Below are positions 1 through 12,910 of a stretch of DNA of 64,000 bases, piece after piece; position 1 is the stretch's first letter, and every line of letters starts with the position of its first letter. The notes beneath the pieces were generated by a model. That model had not been told where the DNA came from. It searched no databases and saw only the letters and a program-made list of their open reading frames with translations. Both the position numbers and the translations under genes were made by a program. This DNA is from Octopus vulgaris. Its lineage: Eukaryota. The stretch covers positions 26,102,001-26,166,000 of the forward strand of contig OX597814.1 in the NCBI GenBank assembly GCA_951406725.2. The letters are read 5' to 3'.

Positions 1-642
1 TTTTTCTCTCTTCAATATGAAATTTTAATTGACTGTAACAGTTTTTGGGCTCTATATAAAATACATTATGAGAGTCTTTAGCACTTTTCAATGTGTGAAA
101 AGAAATGAACAGCAGTATATCATTTATTTTAGAAAACCTTATAATATTCTTCATAAAATATCTTTTAAAGTGACAGAAATATTGTTGTAAAAGTATAGTT
201 CACAACACATTGATGTTATATACTCCATTATGTATGGCAACACTACAATATACTGTTATAATGTATATTTTAAAGTGAGTAAATATTGTTAAATCCTTCT
301 TAATTTGTATAAAAGACATTGGCTTGTCATAACCTTTAACATTCAGGGCAGATAAAACAGCTATAATGGAGATAATAAAAAGAATTTAGTGGAAGTTGAA
401 CAAGTCCAAACTGTGTTTAATGATGAAATCTAATCGGTAATGTATAAACATATTTTCTTTGTCACAAACACAGACACACACACATACACACATAGACACA
501 CATATGAGTGTGTATAGATGTATGTTTGTATACACATAAGTCAAAGTAAAAAATGGAGAATTAATATAGCACAAGTTTAATATTTGTTAAAATTATACAG
601 TACCATTTCACTTTGAATCACATTACAACATATATTTATATT

Positions 643-960
643 ATCATCAACATCATCATTTAACATCCATTTTCTATGCTGGCAAGGACAGTCTGACTGG
701 AAACTGGTAAGCTGGGGAGTTGCATCAGGCTTCAATCGGACTTGGCATGGTTTCTACAGCTGGATGCCTTTCCTAACACCAACCACTCCAAGTAGTGCTT
801 TTACTACCAGCACGGGTGCTAGTTACAAGACACCGGTATCAGCCATGATTACAATCTCACTTGGCTTGATAGGTCTTCTCAAGCACAGTATATTGCAAAG
901 GTCTCGGTCATTTGTCACAGTCTATGTGATGCCCAAAATTCGAAGAGTGCTTTTTGTGTT
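643..960 (-). mobile_element. RTE-type LINE 3' UTR/tail fragment
   Basis: Reverse complement of the tail motif ggaagggcatccagctgtagaaac...catgctagcatggaaa...ttaaatgatgatg, which recurs more than 10 times in the window and follows RTE ORF remnants at 16.4-17.6 kb. Confidence 0.75.
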
Positions 961-1137
961 CCACTGCCACGGGTGTCAGGTATGCAACACTGGTGTACAC
1001 ACATACACACAGGCCTGCACACATACAAAATTTCTGATCTAGGCATCTTAATATGTTTTCAGCAGTGTAGAATTTACATTGTAATTATTCTTTTTCATTT
1101 CAGGTGCCATTATATTAAACATTTGTGAAGATTAACC

Positions 1138-2138
1138 ATGCCACGCACAAAAATTCAGCACAACTGAGTTTTTCAAAGAGATTGTATTGTTGGGCAATCT
1201 GAGGCTGGTCTTAGCCAGCTAAAAATTGCTGAAAATCTTCAAATTACTCTTACTACTGTTAATAGAATTATAGTGCAATTCAAAAGCCAAGGAAAAGAAT
1301 CAACAGATTCTTGTCCCAGCTGACCTGGGCCCTTGGAAAGGCAGCTTTGCTGTTTGAAGAGAATTGCAGAAAATGAATCCCATTCGAAGGCTTCTGACAT
1401 TGAAAAACAGCTACAAGTTAGTCCAAGAACGTGTGTTACATATCCACATAAGCTTGGGTATTATGGACGAGCAGCTAGAAGAAAACCTCTCCTTCAACCA
1501 ATTAATATCATGAAAGAAAGAAATGGGCTAAGGAGATGTCAGAAAAATCCAGTTCATTTTGGGATAAAGTGATTTTCTCAGATGAATCCAGATTTGCATT
1601 ATTTTCAGACTGTGGATGTGTTTGGGTCTGAAGGCTTCCCAATCAAGAATTTATTTTGAAACGACTCCAACCAACTGTGAAGCATGGTGGTATCTCTGTA
1701 ATGGTATGGAGAGCTGTCACCAGTGATGGTCGTTCTGAGCTGATCGAATGTGTTGGAACCATAAACTCTGAAATATACATCAAAATACTTAAGTAAGGAC
1801 TACTTCCGATGTATTCACATGATAACATAATGAAAAATGAGTTTTTATTCATGGAAGATGGGGCTCCATGCCACACAGCAAAAAGGAATCAACAATGGCT
1901 GGCTGAAAATAGGATCAAAATGCTTCCTTGGGTGAACCAATCTTCTGACATGAACCAAATTGAAAATTGGAGCATACTAGATTGAGGTATACTTAAAACT
2001 CAACAGAAACCTACACCTAAAGATGAATTTTTTCAATTGTTGTGTGAAAAGTGGGTAGAAATTCCACAACAGACAATCACAATGTCAAAAAGAGTTTCTG
2101 AATTAAAAATTGCAAAGAGAATGTCAACTAAATACTAA
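1138..2138 (+). pseudogene. Decayed Tc1-family (DD34E) transposase
   Basis: ATG at 1138 (MPRTK). Motifs across frameshifts and stops: [55 protein letters not shown] (34 residues between D and E), and terminal STKY*. TIRs not found. Confidence 0.92.
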
Positions 2139-2245
2139 AGTATGTAGTCCTACCTATCGATTACATTTCACTAGTTCACTTTGCGTATTAAATAAAAGAT
2201 TTTGAAAATTAAAGGTTTCTATTTATTTCCTGCATATATGTGTGT

Positions 2246-2381
2246 AGGGCATCCAGCCATAGAAACACTGCCAGATCAGACTGGGCCTGATGCAGCCTTC
2301 TGGCTTCAGAGACCCCAGTTGAACCGTCCAACCCATGCTAGCATGGAAAGCGGACACTAAATGATGATGATGATGATGATG

Positions 2382-2382
<1 letters not shown>
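2246..2382 (+). mobile_element. RTE-type 3' tail ending in (GAT)n
   Basis: gggcatccagccatagaaacactgccagatcag...cccatgctagcatggaaagcggacactaaatgatgatg. Confidence 0.8.
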
Positions 2383-2421
<39 letters not shown>

Positions 2422-2809
2422 CATATGTCATAAATCATCATCATTTAATGTCCATATGTCCTAGCATGGATTAAATTGTCTAACAGAATGCAACTAGCCT
2501 AAAAGCTGAGTTGGCATCTGCTTTACCAAAATTTCCAACTGTTTTGGCAAAATTTGTACAACTGGATATCCTTCCTAATGTCAACTACTTGGTAGAATGT
2601 ACTAAGAGCTCTTCTCATAGCACCAGCACTCATAAGGTCTAACAGTTCACTTTCTCTCATGCATTCTTCACATTTAGTAATCTTTTATTGTATCACTTCC
2701 AAGTCTCTTTCTTTTCAGACTCACTACATACTCTCACATTACTCATCCTTACATACTCCTCTCTCACAATATCTCACTTCTCTCTCTGATATGCTGTCTA
2801 GCAATCCAG

Positions 2810-3090
2810 TGAATTGAGGGAAAATTTGGGTATAAGAGGCTTCAGATATAGTATGCAAGAAAGAAGACTGTGCTATTATGGTTATTTGATGTGTAAGGAT
2901 GAGGAAAGCTGCATAAAGAAGTACCAGTCTCTAATTGGGGGAGGCAAAAAGTGGAAGGGCTAGACTTAGGGAGACATGGAAGAAAGTGATGACAAAGGAT
3001 CTTCAGATGCTAGGCCTAACTGAGGAGATGACAAGGAACTGAGAATTCTAGTGATTCCCTGTGCTAGAGAAGACATCTGAAGCCAAGTAA
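2810..3090 (+). mobile_element. RTE LINE ORF C-terminal remnant
   Basis: Translates to ELRxxLGIRGFRYSMQERRLCYYGYLMCKDEESCIKK, matching the RTE C-terminal RRLRWYGHVMR / GRGRPRKTW region seen at 16.8 kb. Confidence 0.75.
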
Positions 3091-3377
3091 AATCGGGGCC
3101 ATCTAAACATACAGGCATATCCCTCTGTCAGCCAGGAGATCCCCATCCTGCAGGCTCGTAGGTGTCAGTGTTGTGTAAAAAGCACCTGTGCTGCTGTCAA
3201 AGAAAAAGCCTGTGCTACTGTCATGTAAGATGCACCCAAGCCAGTGCCATGTAAGCATTGATTTGTGGGTTTGATTCTGACCTGGGTTAGCTCATCATTT
3301 ATCAGTCAATAAGATAAATGTCGCTTTAAATCGGATTATATATATCATTATGATATATTATAATACAGTTATTATGT

Positions 3378-3408
<31 letters not shown>

Positions 3409-3711
3409 GTATACTTTATATGCATATTAATGTTGATATAATATCTATTAATATAACTACCAAGATTATGAAACAGTTGTAAACTAATGGAATAAACATC
3501 TATTCAATCACCTCACTTCTCTTATATGTTTTATTTGTATGCATTTTCCTCTATTGTATCTCCTGGATTTTCAAAACAATGTGAAGGTTAATCCTAACAT
3601 CAATTACAGTCATTCTTGTTAGCTACACACTTTGAAGAGAGCTTAATTTGAGATCTGTTTGATGCTTCAAATCTCTGTGTTTCTTATATGCATATACATA
3701 CATATTATATA

Positions 3712-4275
3712 TGTCCATTTTCCCCTATTTTTCTCTCTCTTGCCCTCTCACTCGTATTTGTAGCCTTTCTTCTTCTCCTTTTCCCTTTCATATCTTCTGT
3801 TATTTTCTCTTTATTTTCTCTCTGCCACACTCTCCCCCTTTCTCCTCTAACACATGCTAACACATGACCCATGGCCAGCTTTTCTTCATTCTCTTCCTTT
3901 TTCACACCAGCTGCCCAGCTATTCAGTCACAAAAAATTTTTCCTCTTGCTATTTCCATATACTTTAGGATTTCTTTTAACTATTACTCATCATTTTTGTT
4001 GTTTTGGCCCAAAGGCTGTATTTTGCTCGTTTCCTATTTATTTCGTCTTTGTCCATCATCTATCTTAATTATAGTTTTTTTAACTTTTGTATATCCATTC
4101 TGTGATGATTTGTTTGCTTGTGGCTTGACATTCTCTGCAATTTTCGCAGGCACCACCAATATGGGAAGTTCCCAGTCTTATCATTAATGGTGCGAAACTG
4201 AGTATTACCATTTTGGTTGATAACTGATGAAGAATTAGGGATCCTCTGTGTCTGTCTCCCATCTTGTTGTTCTCT
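3712..4275 (+). mobile_element. Pyrimidine-rich non-coding repeat (probable PLE-related) with permuted hammerhead-like core
   Basis: Shares tgctaacacatgacccatggccagcttttctt with the minus strand of 57241-57815 (tgctcacacgtgaccatcgcccatctttctt). GAAA at 4194-4197 and CTGATGA at 4224-4230. Starts next to a TA-rich tract. Confidence 0.45.
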
Positions 4276-4597
4276 CAGTAAAAAGCACCAACTGAATGTG
4301 GTTGATGCCAGTACCCGCTGACTGGCTCTTGTGCTGGTGGCATGTAAAAAGCACCATCCAAACGTGACCGATGCCAGTACCCCTGGCCTGGCCCCTGTGC
4401 TGATGGCATGTAAAATGCACTCACTACACTCTCGGAATGGTTTGCATTAGGAAGTGTATCCAGCTGTAGAAACAATTTCCAGATCAGATTGGAGCCTGGT
4501 GCAGCCTCCTGGCTTCCCAGATCCAGTCAAACCGTCCAACCCATGCTAGCATAGAAAATGGACGTTAAATGATGATGATGATGATGATGATGATGAT
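4276..4597 (+). mobile_element. RTE-type 3' UTR with short tandem units and (GAT)n tail
   Basis: Repeated ctgtgctggtggcatgtaaaaagcacc units, then the shared tail and (GAT)n. Confidence 0.8.
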
Positions 4598-4598
4598 G

Positions 4599-5834
4599 CA
4601 GGGTGCATAAGATATTTGAGGACAGATTTATGTTTATAAAAAAACAGATATATAAAAACAGATACTAACTTTATCAGAAAATGGTATGAGGATAAAAATA
4701 AACCTTCTTTTCTATAATGTTATTCAATAAAACCACCTTCAGTTTCAACAACTACTTCTGTATGAGATTTAAATCATCTACATGCTCAAATCAAGTGGTC
4801 CTGGTTCATTTTGAACATTACTCTGACTATAGCAGATTTCAAAGAATCTTTGGTGTTATGGGCATGTTCATTGACCTCTCTCTCTCAACAACACTCCACT
4901 TGTAATAGTCCAATGGATTGAGACCTAGGGAATTAGGAGGCCAAATGTTAAGGGTTATGTGATCAGGAAAATTTTCAGCCATCCATGCCTGTGTTACTAG
5001 AGCCATGTGGCCTGCCATTTCATACACTGTCTATCCAGGGTTTAACAATTACATTGTCTATCCAGGACCTCGATATAGGCAGTAGAATAAAATCTAAGGC
5101 CTATTGGAAAGAAGTAAGGAGACATCACATGTCCTTCGTTGCTGACAACCCCTAAATCCATGGCAGTTGTAGGAAATTTTGCATGCATAACACTTGGAAC
5201 TTCAGAAGGCTCTGCATATAACCATCTGTCATTTCTTCAGTTAACTTTTTGATCTTGGTCGAAGTTTTTCTCATTTGAGGGAAAACCAAATCAAATCTTC
5301 TGCTGGATTTTTCAGTTTGTTTAAGAGTCTTTTAGATCTGATGTAGTGATTTTCTTTTGCTTTTTCTAACAAATTGACCTTTCCTCATCATATAAGACTT
5401 ATACCTGATGTCTTCGTGGGCATTTCTGACTGTTCCTTTTGACACATGGAGATCTCTTGCAAGTGACCTCATGGACTTTCTTGGATTGTAATCAATGGTC
5501 TATTGAATTTGCTAGATAATTTCAGGTGTTCTGACAATTTCAGAGCATTTAGAATATTTTTTATGCTTTGACACTAGTGACATGTTTCCATCTTCAGTCT
5601 CTAGCTCCTTACAAACTTTGTAGACAAAAGATCTGGCAACTTTTAAAAATCGGGATATTTCTAAATCATTATGCTCAGCCTTTATAACCACAACAACAGT
5701 ATGCCTCTTCATTTCTTGAGTAAGCTGAGGGCAAGCTGCCATTATTATTTTCTAAAACAAAGATTATACAGAATTAGCAAAAAATGCTGCAATGATCCAT
5801 AACAGGTATGTCCCCAAATACCTTATGCACCCTG
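4599..5834 (-). mobile_element. Near full-length DD37D/maT-like Tc1/mariner transposon (decayed)
   Basis: TIRs cagggtgcataagatatttgaggaca (4599) and tgtccccaaataccttatgcaccctg (to 5834), followed by TA. Minus-strand transposase from 5742 (MAACPQLTQEMKRH...) with RKSMRSLARDL, an FSNEKNF-like first catalytic block and WPPNSLGLNPLDY. Contains stops and frameshifts. Confidence 0.88.
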
Positions 5835-5884
5835 TATACACACACACACTTATTTATACATATATATGCACAAGATCATAAAAA

Positions 5885-6530
5885 TATACAGACACATGAG
5901 AAATTGGTTTTCTCAAATGCCCTCAGAGGCTCTCTATAGGTAGTAGATAATTTCTGCTACCTAATTTAGTAGTTGAAGAGGATTTACTGAAAGTGTAATT
6001 TCAAGAATAAGAATAAGATGGAGAGAGTTCAGAGAGCTTTGACCTCTTTTAGCAAAGAAAGGTTTCTCTCTCCAAATGAAAGAAAGATTGTGCGATGCAT
6101 GTGTATGAACAGCAATGCTACATGGTAGTGAAACATGGATCCTGAATGCAGAGGGCATGTGAAGGCTAGAGAGTAATGAAGCTTATATGCTCCACTGGAT
6201 ATGCAATGTCAGTGTACATGTGTGACTTAGTGCTAGTGTATTGAGAGAAAAGTTTGGCATAAGAGGAATTGGATGCAGTCTGTAGACAAAAAGATTGTGC
6301 TGGTTTAGTCATGTGATGCATAGGAATGAGGATAGTTGCATGAAGAAACACCTATCACTTAAAGTGGAAGGAAATTGTGGTAGAGGGAAACCCAAGACAG
6401 TTGGATGAAGTATTGAAGGCCAGTATAAAGATGCTGAGCCTTACAAAGGAGATGACAAAGGACTGAGCTATCAGGTACCTTGCTATACTCAAGAAAACCT
6501 GGTCACCACAGCAAAACTGATATCCTAAAG
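5885..6530 (+). mobile_element. RTE LINE RT C-terminal remnant
   Basis: VVDNFCYL...RIRIRWREFREL...RLCDACV*TAMLHGSETW. Confidence 0.85.
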
Positions 6531-6697
6531 CCACACTGGTAATGCTAGCCCATGAGGGGCTCTGCCCTGTTATCCTTTCTCCCATTTATTTCATCATCTA
6601 ACACCCATCATTCCTCTATCACTTGAGAGCAGAATAGGCACATGCTACATCCCCCAGCTTTCTCAGTTAACTCTCTTTTCCACCCAAAACTACTTCC

Positions 6698-6700
<3 letters not shown>

Positions 6701-6776
<76 letters not shown>

Positions 6777-7001
6777 CACACACATACACACATCTATATA
6801 AACATATCACACAGGCATACACACACACAGACTGTTATATTCACTTTCTATTCATTTTGTGAGGCATCAAAATTTTTGGTGCATCATTTCATCCTGGTCA
6901 TTGACACAGTTCAACATTGTGTTTTTAGAGAGCTAAAATGGCTCTTGCATAAATGAAGTATCTCTCTCTTATCCTCCCTCCCTCCCTCTCTCTCTCTATG
7001 T

Positions 7002-7078
<77 letters not shown>

Positions 7079-7172
7079 TGTATATTTATTATAGATAAAT
7101 AAATACACACAAATATATATTTACATATAGAAATTTATTTGTCTCTATATACCTATAAATCTATTATATATG

Positions 7173-7209
<37 letters not shown>

Positions 7210-7818
7210 ATACACACACACATATGCACACATGTATGCATATATACATACATGCATAAATACTTATATAGATAGACAGATAGATAGATAGATAGATATA
7301 GATATATATGTATATACACACATATGAACACATGCACACGCACATATGTAATGATGTGTGTATATATCTATATATGGAAGTATGTATGTATGTGTGTGTA
7401 TATATATATATATATATACACACACACATACATACATACTTCCATATATAGAAATATATATATATATATATATAGAAAGAAGTTAGTATTTTGACATTTA
7501 AACACCGAGGAGTTGAAATTGCACAGTGACAAAGAAGCCTGCCACTCATTATGACAAGAATTTTTTGTGATCATAAGATTTGAACATCAAGATTCCTATG
7601 ACAGTAGCTGTCAAGTTTGGGATACACTTTAACAAAGGTTTGTTGAAACATGTTGATATTATCAACAAAAGAAAACATCAAGATTACTTTCAGGTCCATG
7701 CCAGTACAATATTCTCAATTCAACAGTTTGTAGCTGTATCAGACACTAAACTTAATGAAGCTTACATACACACTCCTACACATATACAAACAGAAATACA
7801 AACCCACACACACACATA

Positions 7819-7888
<70 letters not shown>

Positions 7889-7989
7889 TATATTTATATA
7901 TGTATGTATATATATATGTGTGTGTACATATATATATATATACATATATATTTATATATATACACACATACATACATATATCCATATAA

Positions 7990-8027
<38 letters not shown>

Positions 8028-8085
8028 ATATATATATATATACATATGTGTGTGTGTGTGTGTATGTGTGTATGTATGTATGTAA

Positions 8086-8116
<31 letters not shown>

Positions 8117-8118
8117 TG

Positions 8119-8152
<34 letters not shown>

Positions 8153-8186
8153 TGTATGTATGTATGTATGTATGTATGTATGTATA
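6701..8186. repeat. Cluster of (TA)n, (TG)n, (GATA)n and (TATG)n microsatellites
   Basis: Directly visible. Source of the YIYIY/CMYV pseudo-ORFs. Confidence 0.95.
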
Positions 8187-8377
8187 CAGAATGAGAGAGA
8201 GAGGTGGGGAGGGGAGAGAAAGCAAGTGAGGGTGACAAAGAAAGTAAAATGTATGAGAGAAAAGAAACAGAAAATTATTTCCAGTTCTAAAACTTTTTAG
8301 ACATACTGTTGAGGTGTGATTATTTCTAGTTACAAACTATACACATAGTGCACATGTGCTCACACATACACACACAG

Positions 8378-8408
<31 letters not shown>

Positions 8409-8498
8409 CAAACATATGTTTTTACATATATTTATAGAACAGACTGCAGCAAAAAGCTAAAACCATTTTTATTTCACTTTTTCATTATTTCCTATATA

Positions 8499-8911
8499 GA
8501 GTAAAGATTGTTTGCCAACATAACATTGCAGTCCTGGTTTAGGACGAATGTTGCTGCAATTTAGCCCCAGGAGACATTGTCTCCAGCTGGCTATATGACA
8601 TGATCTGTGTCCTTATATTTTCAAACTAGGGATTCTAGCGACCCCACTCAGCTCAAAACAATATCTGTGTATCGCGATTTCTGGGTTATTTCACTTTATC
8701 AGCACAGAATAATTGTTCAGCTAGATTCCCTTGTTCAAAAATATAAGGACACAGATCATGTTGTATAGCCAGCTGGAGACGATGTCTCCTGGGGCTAAAT
8801 TACAGCAACATTCGTCCTAAACCAGGACTGCCATGTTTTGTTGGTAAACAATCTTTGCTCCAAAGTACTGTCGCTAAATATCTCTTGGGAGATTTATAAA
8901 TAGTAATTTTC
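8499..8911 (-). mobile_element. 413-bp insertion with ~140-bp inverted arms, 13-bp TSD and a central hammerhead (PLE pLTR/retrozyme-like)
   Basis: Arms 8499-8639 and 8720-8860 are reverse complements with few mismatches. Direct repeat tatttcctatata at 8486-8498 and 8912-8924. Hammerhead in the spacer. Confidence 0.85.
8664..8708 (-). ncRNA. Minimal type I hammerhead ribozyme motif (G8A variant)
   Basis: Minus strand reads tctgtg CTGATAA agtgaaataaccca GAAA tcgcga TA cacaga: 6-bp stem I, palindromic stem III tcgcga, AUA site. Confidence 0.8.
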
Positions 8912-8934
8912 TATTTCCTATATATTTTTTATGT

Positions 8935-9280
8935 TTTTGCTTTTGCTTGTTTCAGTCATTAGACTGCAGCCATCCTGGAGCACTGCCTTTCTTTTTTAGA
9001 ATTTTTAGTCAAATGAATCAACCCTAGTACTTATTTTTTTAAAGCATAGTACTAATTCAATGATTCTCTTTTGCTGGTCTGCTAAGTTACAGGGATGTAA
9101 ACACACCAACACCAGCTGTCACAAAGATACGCACACACTCACACACGCAAAGACACACACACACACTAGAAGACTTTGGTCAGCCTGAGGCTATAGTAGA
9201 AGACACTTGCCCAAGGTATCATGCTGTACCATGTGGTTGGGAAGCAAGCTTCTTACTTCATAGCCCTGCCTGTGCCTATA
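8935..9280 (-). mobile_element. tRNA-derived composite SINE (reverse orientation)
   Basis: Reverse complement of the copies at 22190-22605 and 50813-51155 (ttgtttcagtcatt...gctatagtagaagacacttgcccaagg). Confidence 0.8.
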
Positions 9281-9339
9281 CATAGCGTTCTTTCATAAGC
9301 TTACTGCTGATTTACTACTATATATATAACAGTCACATA

Positions 9340-10570
9340 AAATGGAGGGAACTTGTGGAAAAGGAAGACTTGGGAAGATTTGGAGTGAAATAGTGAAGTC
9401 TGATCTCAAGATGTTGAACCTCACAAAATAGATGTTAGAGGACTAAGGTGATTGGTAATTCACTGTGCTCAAGAAGTCACAATCCATCACAGAAAAAATG
9501 AGATCCTAAAACATTTTGTGTACACAAGTACATGTTAGGCTTTGCCCTTACACCCATCTGCCTTATTAAGCACTCCCCTTGAGAGCAAAACTGATGCATA
9601 TTTTATCCCCTACTTTTTATGCTACTACTTGCATCTCTCTCTCTCTCCCTGCAACCACTTCTTTTTACTATACATCCTTCATATTCATTATCATCTTTTC
9701 TCACTGTATTTTTACCAATCACCCCCTTTCTATATCTTCAGTTATCTTTCCCTCCAACAGCATCTTAGGCCCGCCAAACGTAATCTTTAGCACTTCTCAT
9801 ATCTTCTATAATTTTCAATACCCTTCAACATCTGCCATCAATGTTCTAGTCACCTTTGTTATCCACTCATTATAGGCACCCTTATGTACCTCTGATCTCC
9901 ATCTCTGTCACTGTACATCTCTCTTTCACTACTTTTACACTTGCGCACCATCTCTCTACAGTCTCATCTATCTTCCTTCCTGAGCCACTTCTATCTTTCT
10001 CGTTTTACCTACCTCCAAACTGATATTTATCATTAGCTACACCTTCACTCTTACTTATTACTCACTATATTCACCTCCACCCCTGTCTTTAATTATCTGT
10101 TGCTCTCCTCCAGCACTCTTATGAAATAGCCTACACTCTCTTTCTACTTCTCTCAATCCATATTCTCTCCTATATTTTACTCATCTTGTACCCTGAGAAT
10201 TTACTCTGGCACCATCTTTATCTTCTTCCTGGCTACTTCCACCCACCCTTATATATACTGTAGGATAGCCATGTAGCTCCTCTATAGCAAGACACTTGTG
10301 CTTGTCCTCACATTTTAGCCTCTTAACACCTAGCAGAAAGCTATCACCGCATCTCAAATATCCATCTTACTTAGTTGAGGGGTCCTTTTATCTTCTTCTT
10401 GTCAACTTGGGAACCTCACTAATGCCAGTGGCATGAAAAGGAAGCAGAACATCCAGCCATACAAACCATTGACATTGGAGTTTGATGGTGTCCTGTAGCT
10501 CAATGGATCCTGCTAAACCATCCAACCCATTCCAGCATGGAAAACAGATGTTAAACAATGATGATGATGT
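9340..10570 (+). mobile_element. RTE LINE 3' end with long C/T-rich 3' UTR and (GAT)n tail
   Basis: ORF-end remnant (EGTCGKGRLGKIWSEIVKSDL), then ~800 bp of pyrimidine-rich sequence, then ccatccaacccattccagcatggaaaacagatgttaaacaatgatgatg. Confidence 0.6.
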
Positions 10571-11855
10571 TGATATATATATATATATATATAGGGAGAG
10601 AGAGAGATGTATATATATATATATATACACCTACCTGTCAACCTCATTGTCATCATCATCTTATGTCCTCTTTCCATGCTAGCATGAGTAAGACAGATTG
10701 TCATGGTGTGAGTTAATTCTTTCTGAGAGCCATTGCTCTCATGGACTACTGTTTGCGCAAATCCTCCCATATCCAACCACTTTGCATTTTCTCATACCAC
10801 TCACACCAGAAAAGTTGAATAACCCTTTACAAGTTTGAACTAAATGAACCTTGCACCCTTATGCTTTCTTTGCTCATTTTCTAATGTCTTTATTGTGTGT
10901 ACTGGTGCATCTTTTTCATGGCATCAGAACTAGAGAAGTTGTTTCACTCAGAAATTATTCCAGAGAGAATGCAGGGAAGGTCTTCAATTCTGGTGTAAGC
11001 ACAGGAAATAGAGGTGCCTTGTACACAGTAAATGTAAGGAGCTCTCAGTAATCTAAAATGTGTAGACCAAGCAGGGAATAGGAAAGAGAGAGAGAGTGGT
11101 AGAGAGGTCAGAAATAGATGAATAAAAGTGTAGAGCATAGAGTGTATTCAATTACCTTGATTCACTTGCTCTCATGACTGACAAAAGAACAAGAGAGAGA
11201 AAGAGAGAAAGAGGGGGTAATGACAGCAGAAAGACAAGAATGGGTGAATGGATTGAAGAATATGACAGAAAAGGGAAAGTTATTTGGAGCATAGTTGTAA
11301 GAGACGTCATTAGCAATAGGAGAGAAGGACAAAAGTAAAGTGCGTGTGTGTATGTGTGTGTGTGTATGTAACATCTTTTCTCTATAAATATAATGTAACT
11401 TTTCAAATTTGATCCCATTGAACAGGTATTCAAGCACAAACTCCAGGCCCATCTCAGCTATAGAAAAAAATAAGTACTCTATTGAGTACTTTCTCTCTCT
11501 CTCTCTTTCTCTCTGTGGTAAGAAACACTTGTCCAAGGTTCTGTATTGTGTGATTGAACCCCAGAAGCTCATAAGGGCAAGATTTTAAACCATCTATTCA
11601 TCCACATTTATAAAACAAATTTCTGTTTGTCAGATTAGCTGTGTTTTTCAATCACCTTATGATAATATATCAAAAGGAAACATAAATTAAAGGAAAGGAA
11701 ATGGGAAATGATGGACTACCTCAGCACAATACCAACCAAATCTGACCAGGAATAGGGATGTGAAATAAAATGACACTAACACAATTTTAGTTACAATATA
11801 ATATGACTGAATTAAGTAGCATAATATTTTAAAATATAATATAAAAATTTTAAAA

Positions 11856-12252
11856 TCTTTATATATAAAAGAGAAGTTGTGTGTCTGTCTCCTACGATTT
11901 AGATTCCTAACTACTCCCACATTTTGCAGTGCAGTTTAACCAAAACCGGGTATCTTATAGTCGTAATTCATATCGAGCCCTTCTGGGTATTAGTGCACGT
12001 CTATGATGAGTCTACAATTTAAAAAAAAATTTACCATCATTTTCTTTCCATTTTAATGCATTTTTTCGCTATTATATAAGGGAAGTAACTCTCTAAAAAT
12101 GTCTACGATGAGTCAACGATTTAAAAAAATTTACCATCATTTGTTTTCCATTTTTAATGCATTTTTTTGCTATTTTTTAGCTATAACTCTCTAAAAATGC
12201 TTATATAGTTATTTCCCTTACAAACCCAAGCAACGCCGGGCGATACTGCTAG
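11856..12252 (+). mobile_element. Non-autonomous Helitron
   Basis: 5' TCTTTATATATAAAAG, subterminal GC hairpin cccaagcaacgccggg, 3' CTAG. Inserted between A and T without TSD. Internal ~100-bp tandem duplication (about 12000-12200). Confidence 0.85.
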
Positions 12253-12466
12253 TATAATATAAAATAATGGCACATAGCCTAGCAGGACTACTGATCATAA
12301 GGTCATCATTTTGATCCTCAGGTCAAGAAGTGGGCTGCATTCTAGAGCAAAACATTTCTTTTCATGTTCTTTCATCCTAGCAGTTGAAATTGAGTATCAA
12401 CAATGGCTGCAATGGACTAGTGTCCTATTCATTGAAGAGTATTGTGGTGTTGGTCACTTACATACC

Positions 12467-12857
12467 CTCATCATCATTATCATCTTCATCATTTAACGTT
12501 CGCCTTCTATGCCGGCATGAGCTGGATGATTTGACTAGAGTTGGCACCAGACACCATTGTCTGCTTTGGCATGGTTTCTATGGCTGGATACTCTTCATAG
12601 CACCAACTACTTTATAGAGTGTACTGTGTGCTTCTTATGCAACACTGACACTATTGGGGTTGGCAAGTAACTTGTAAGATGAAGCAGGGGTGGAATTGTG
12701 GAAAGTGGCGAAATTTATTGAAATATTGTTATTGAAATAAAGTGACTTTGTGCCAGATAAGAGGTTAGAGTATGAAAGAAGGATATAAACTAGTAATAAA
12801 TGAGAGGAGAGGAAGGAGAGATAGAGTTAGAGAGACAGCCAGAGTGAGAGAAAGAGG

Positions 12858-12910
<53 letters not shown>

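Noticed and set aside
6608-8300. Long ORFs up to 204 aa (YIYIY/CMYV/THTH)
   Set aside because: Stop-free microsatellite read-through with no protein signal. The same applies at 15.3, 25.4, 47.2-49.1, 58.2-59.1 and 61.9 kb.
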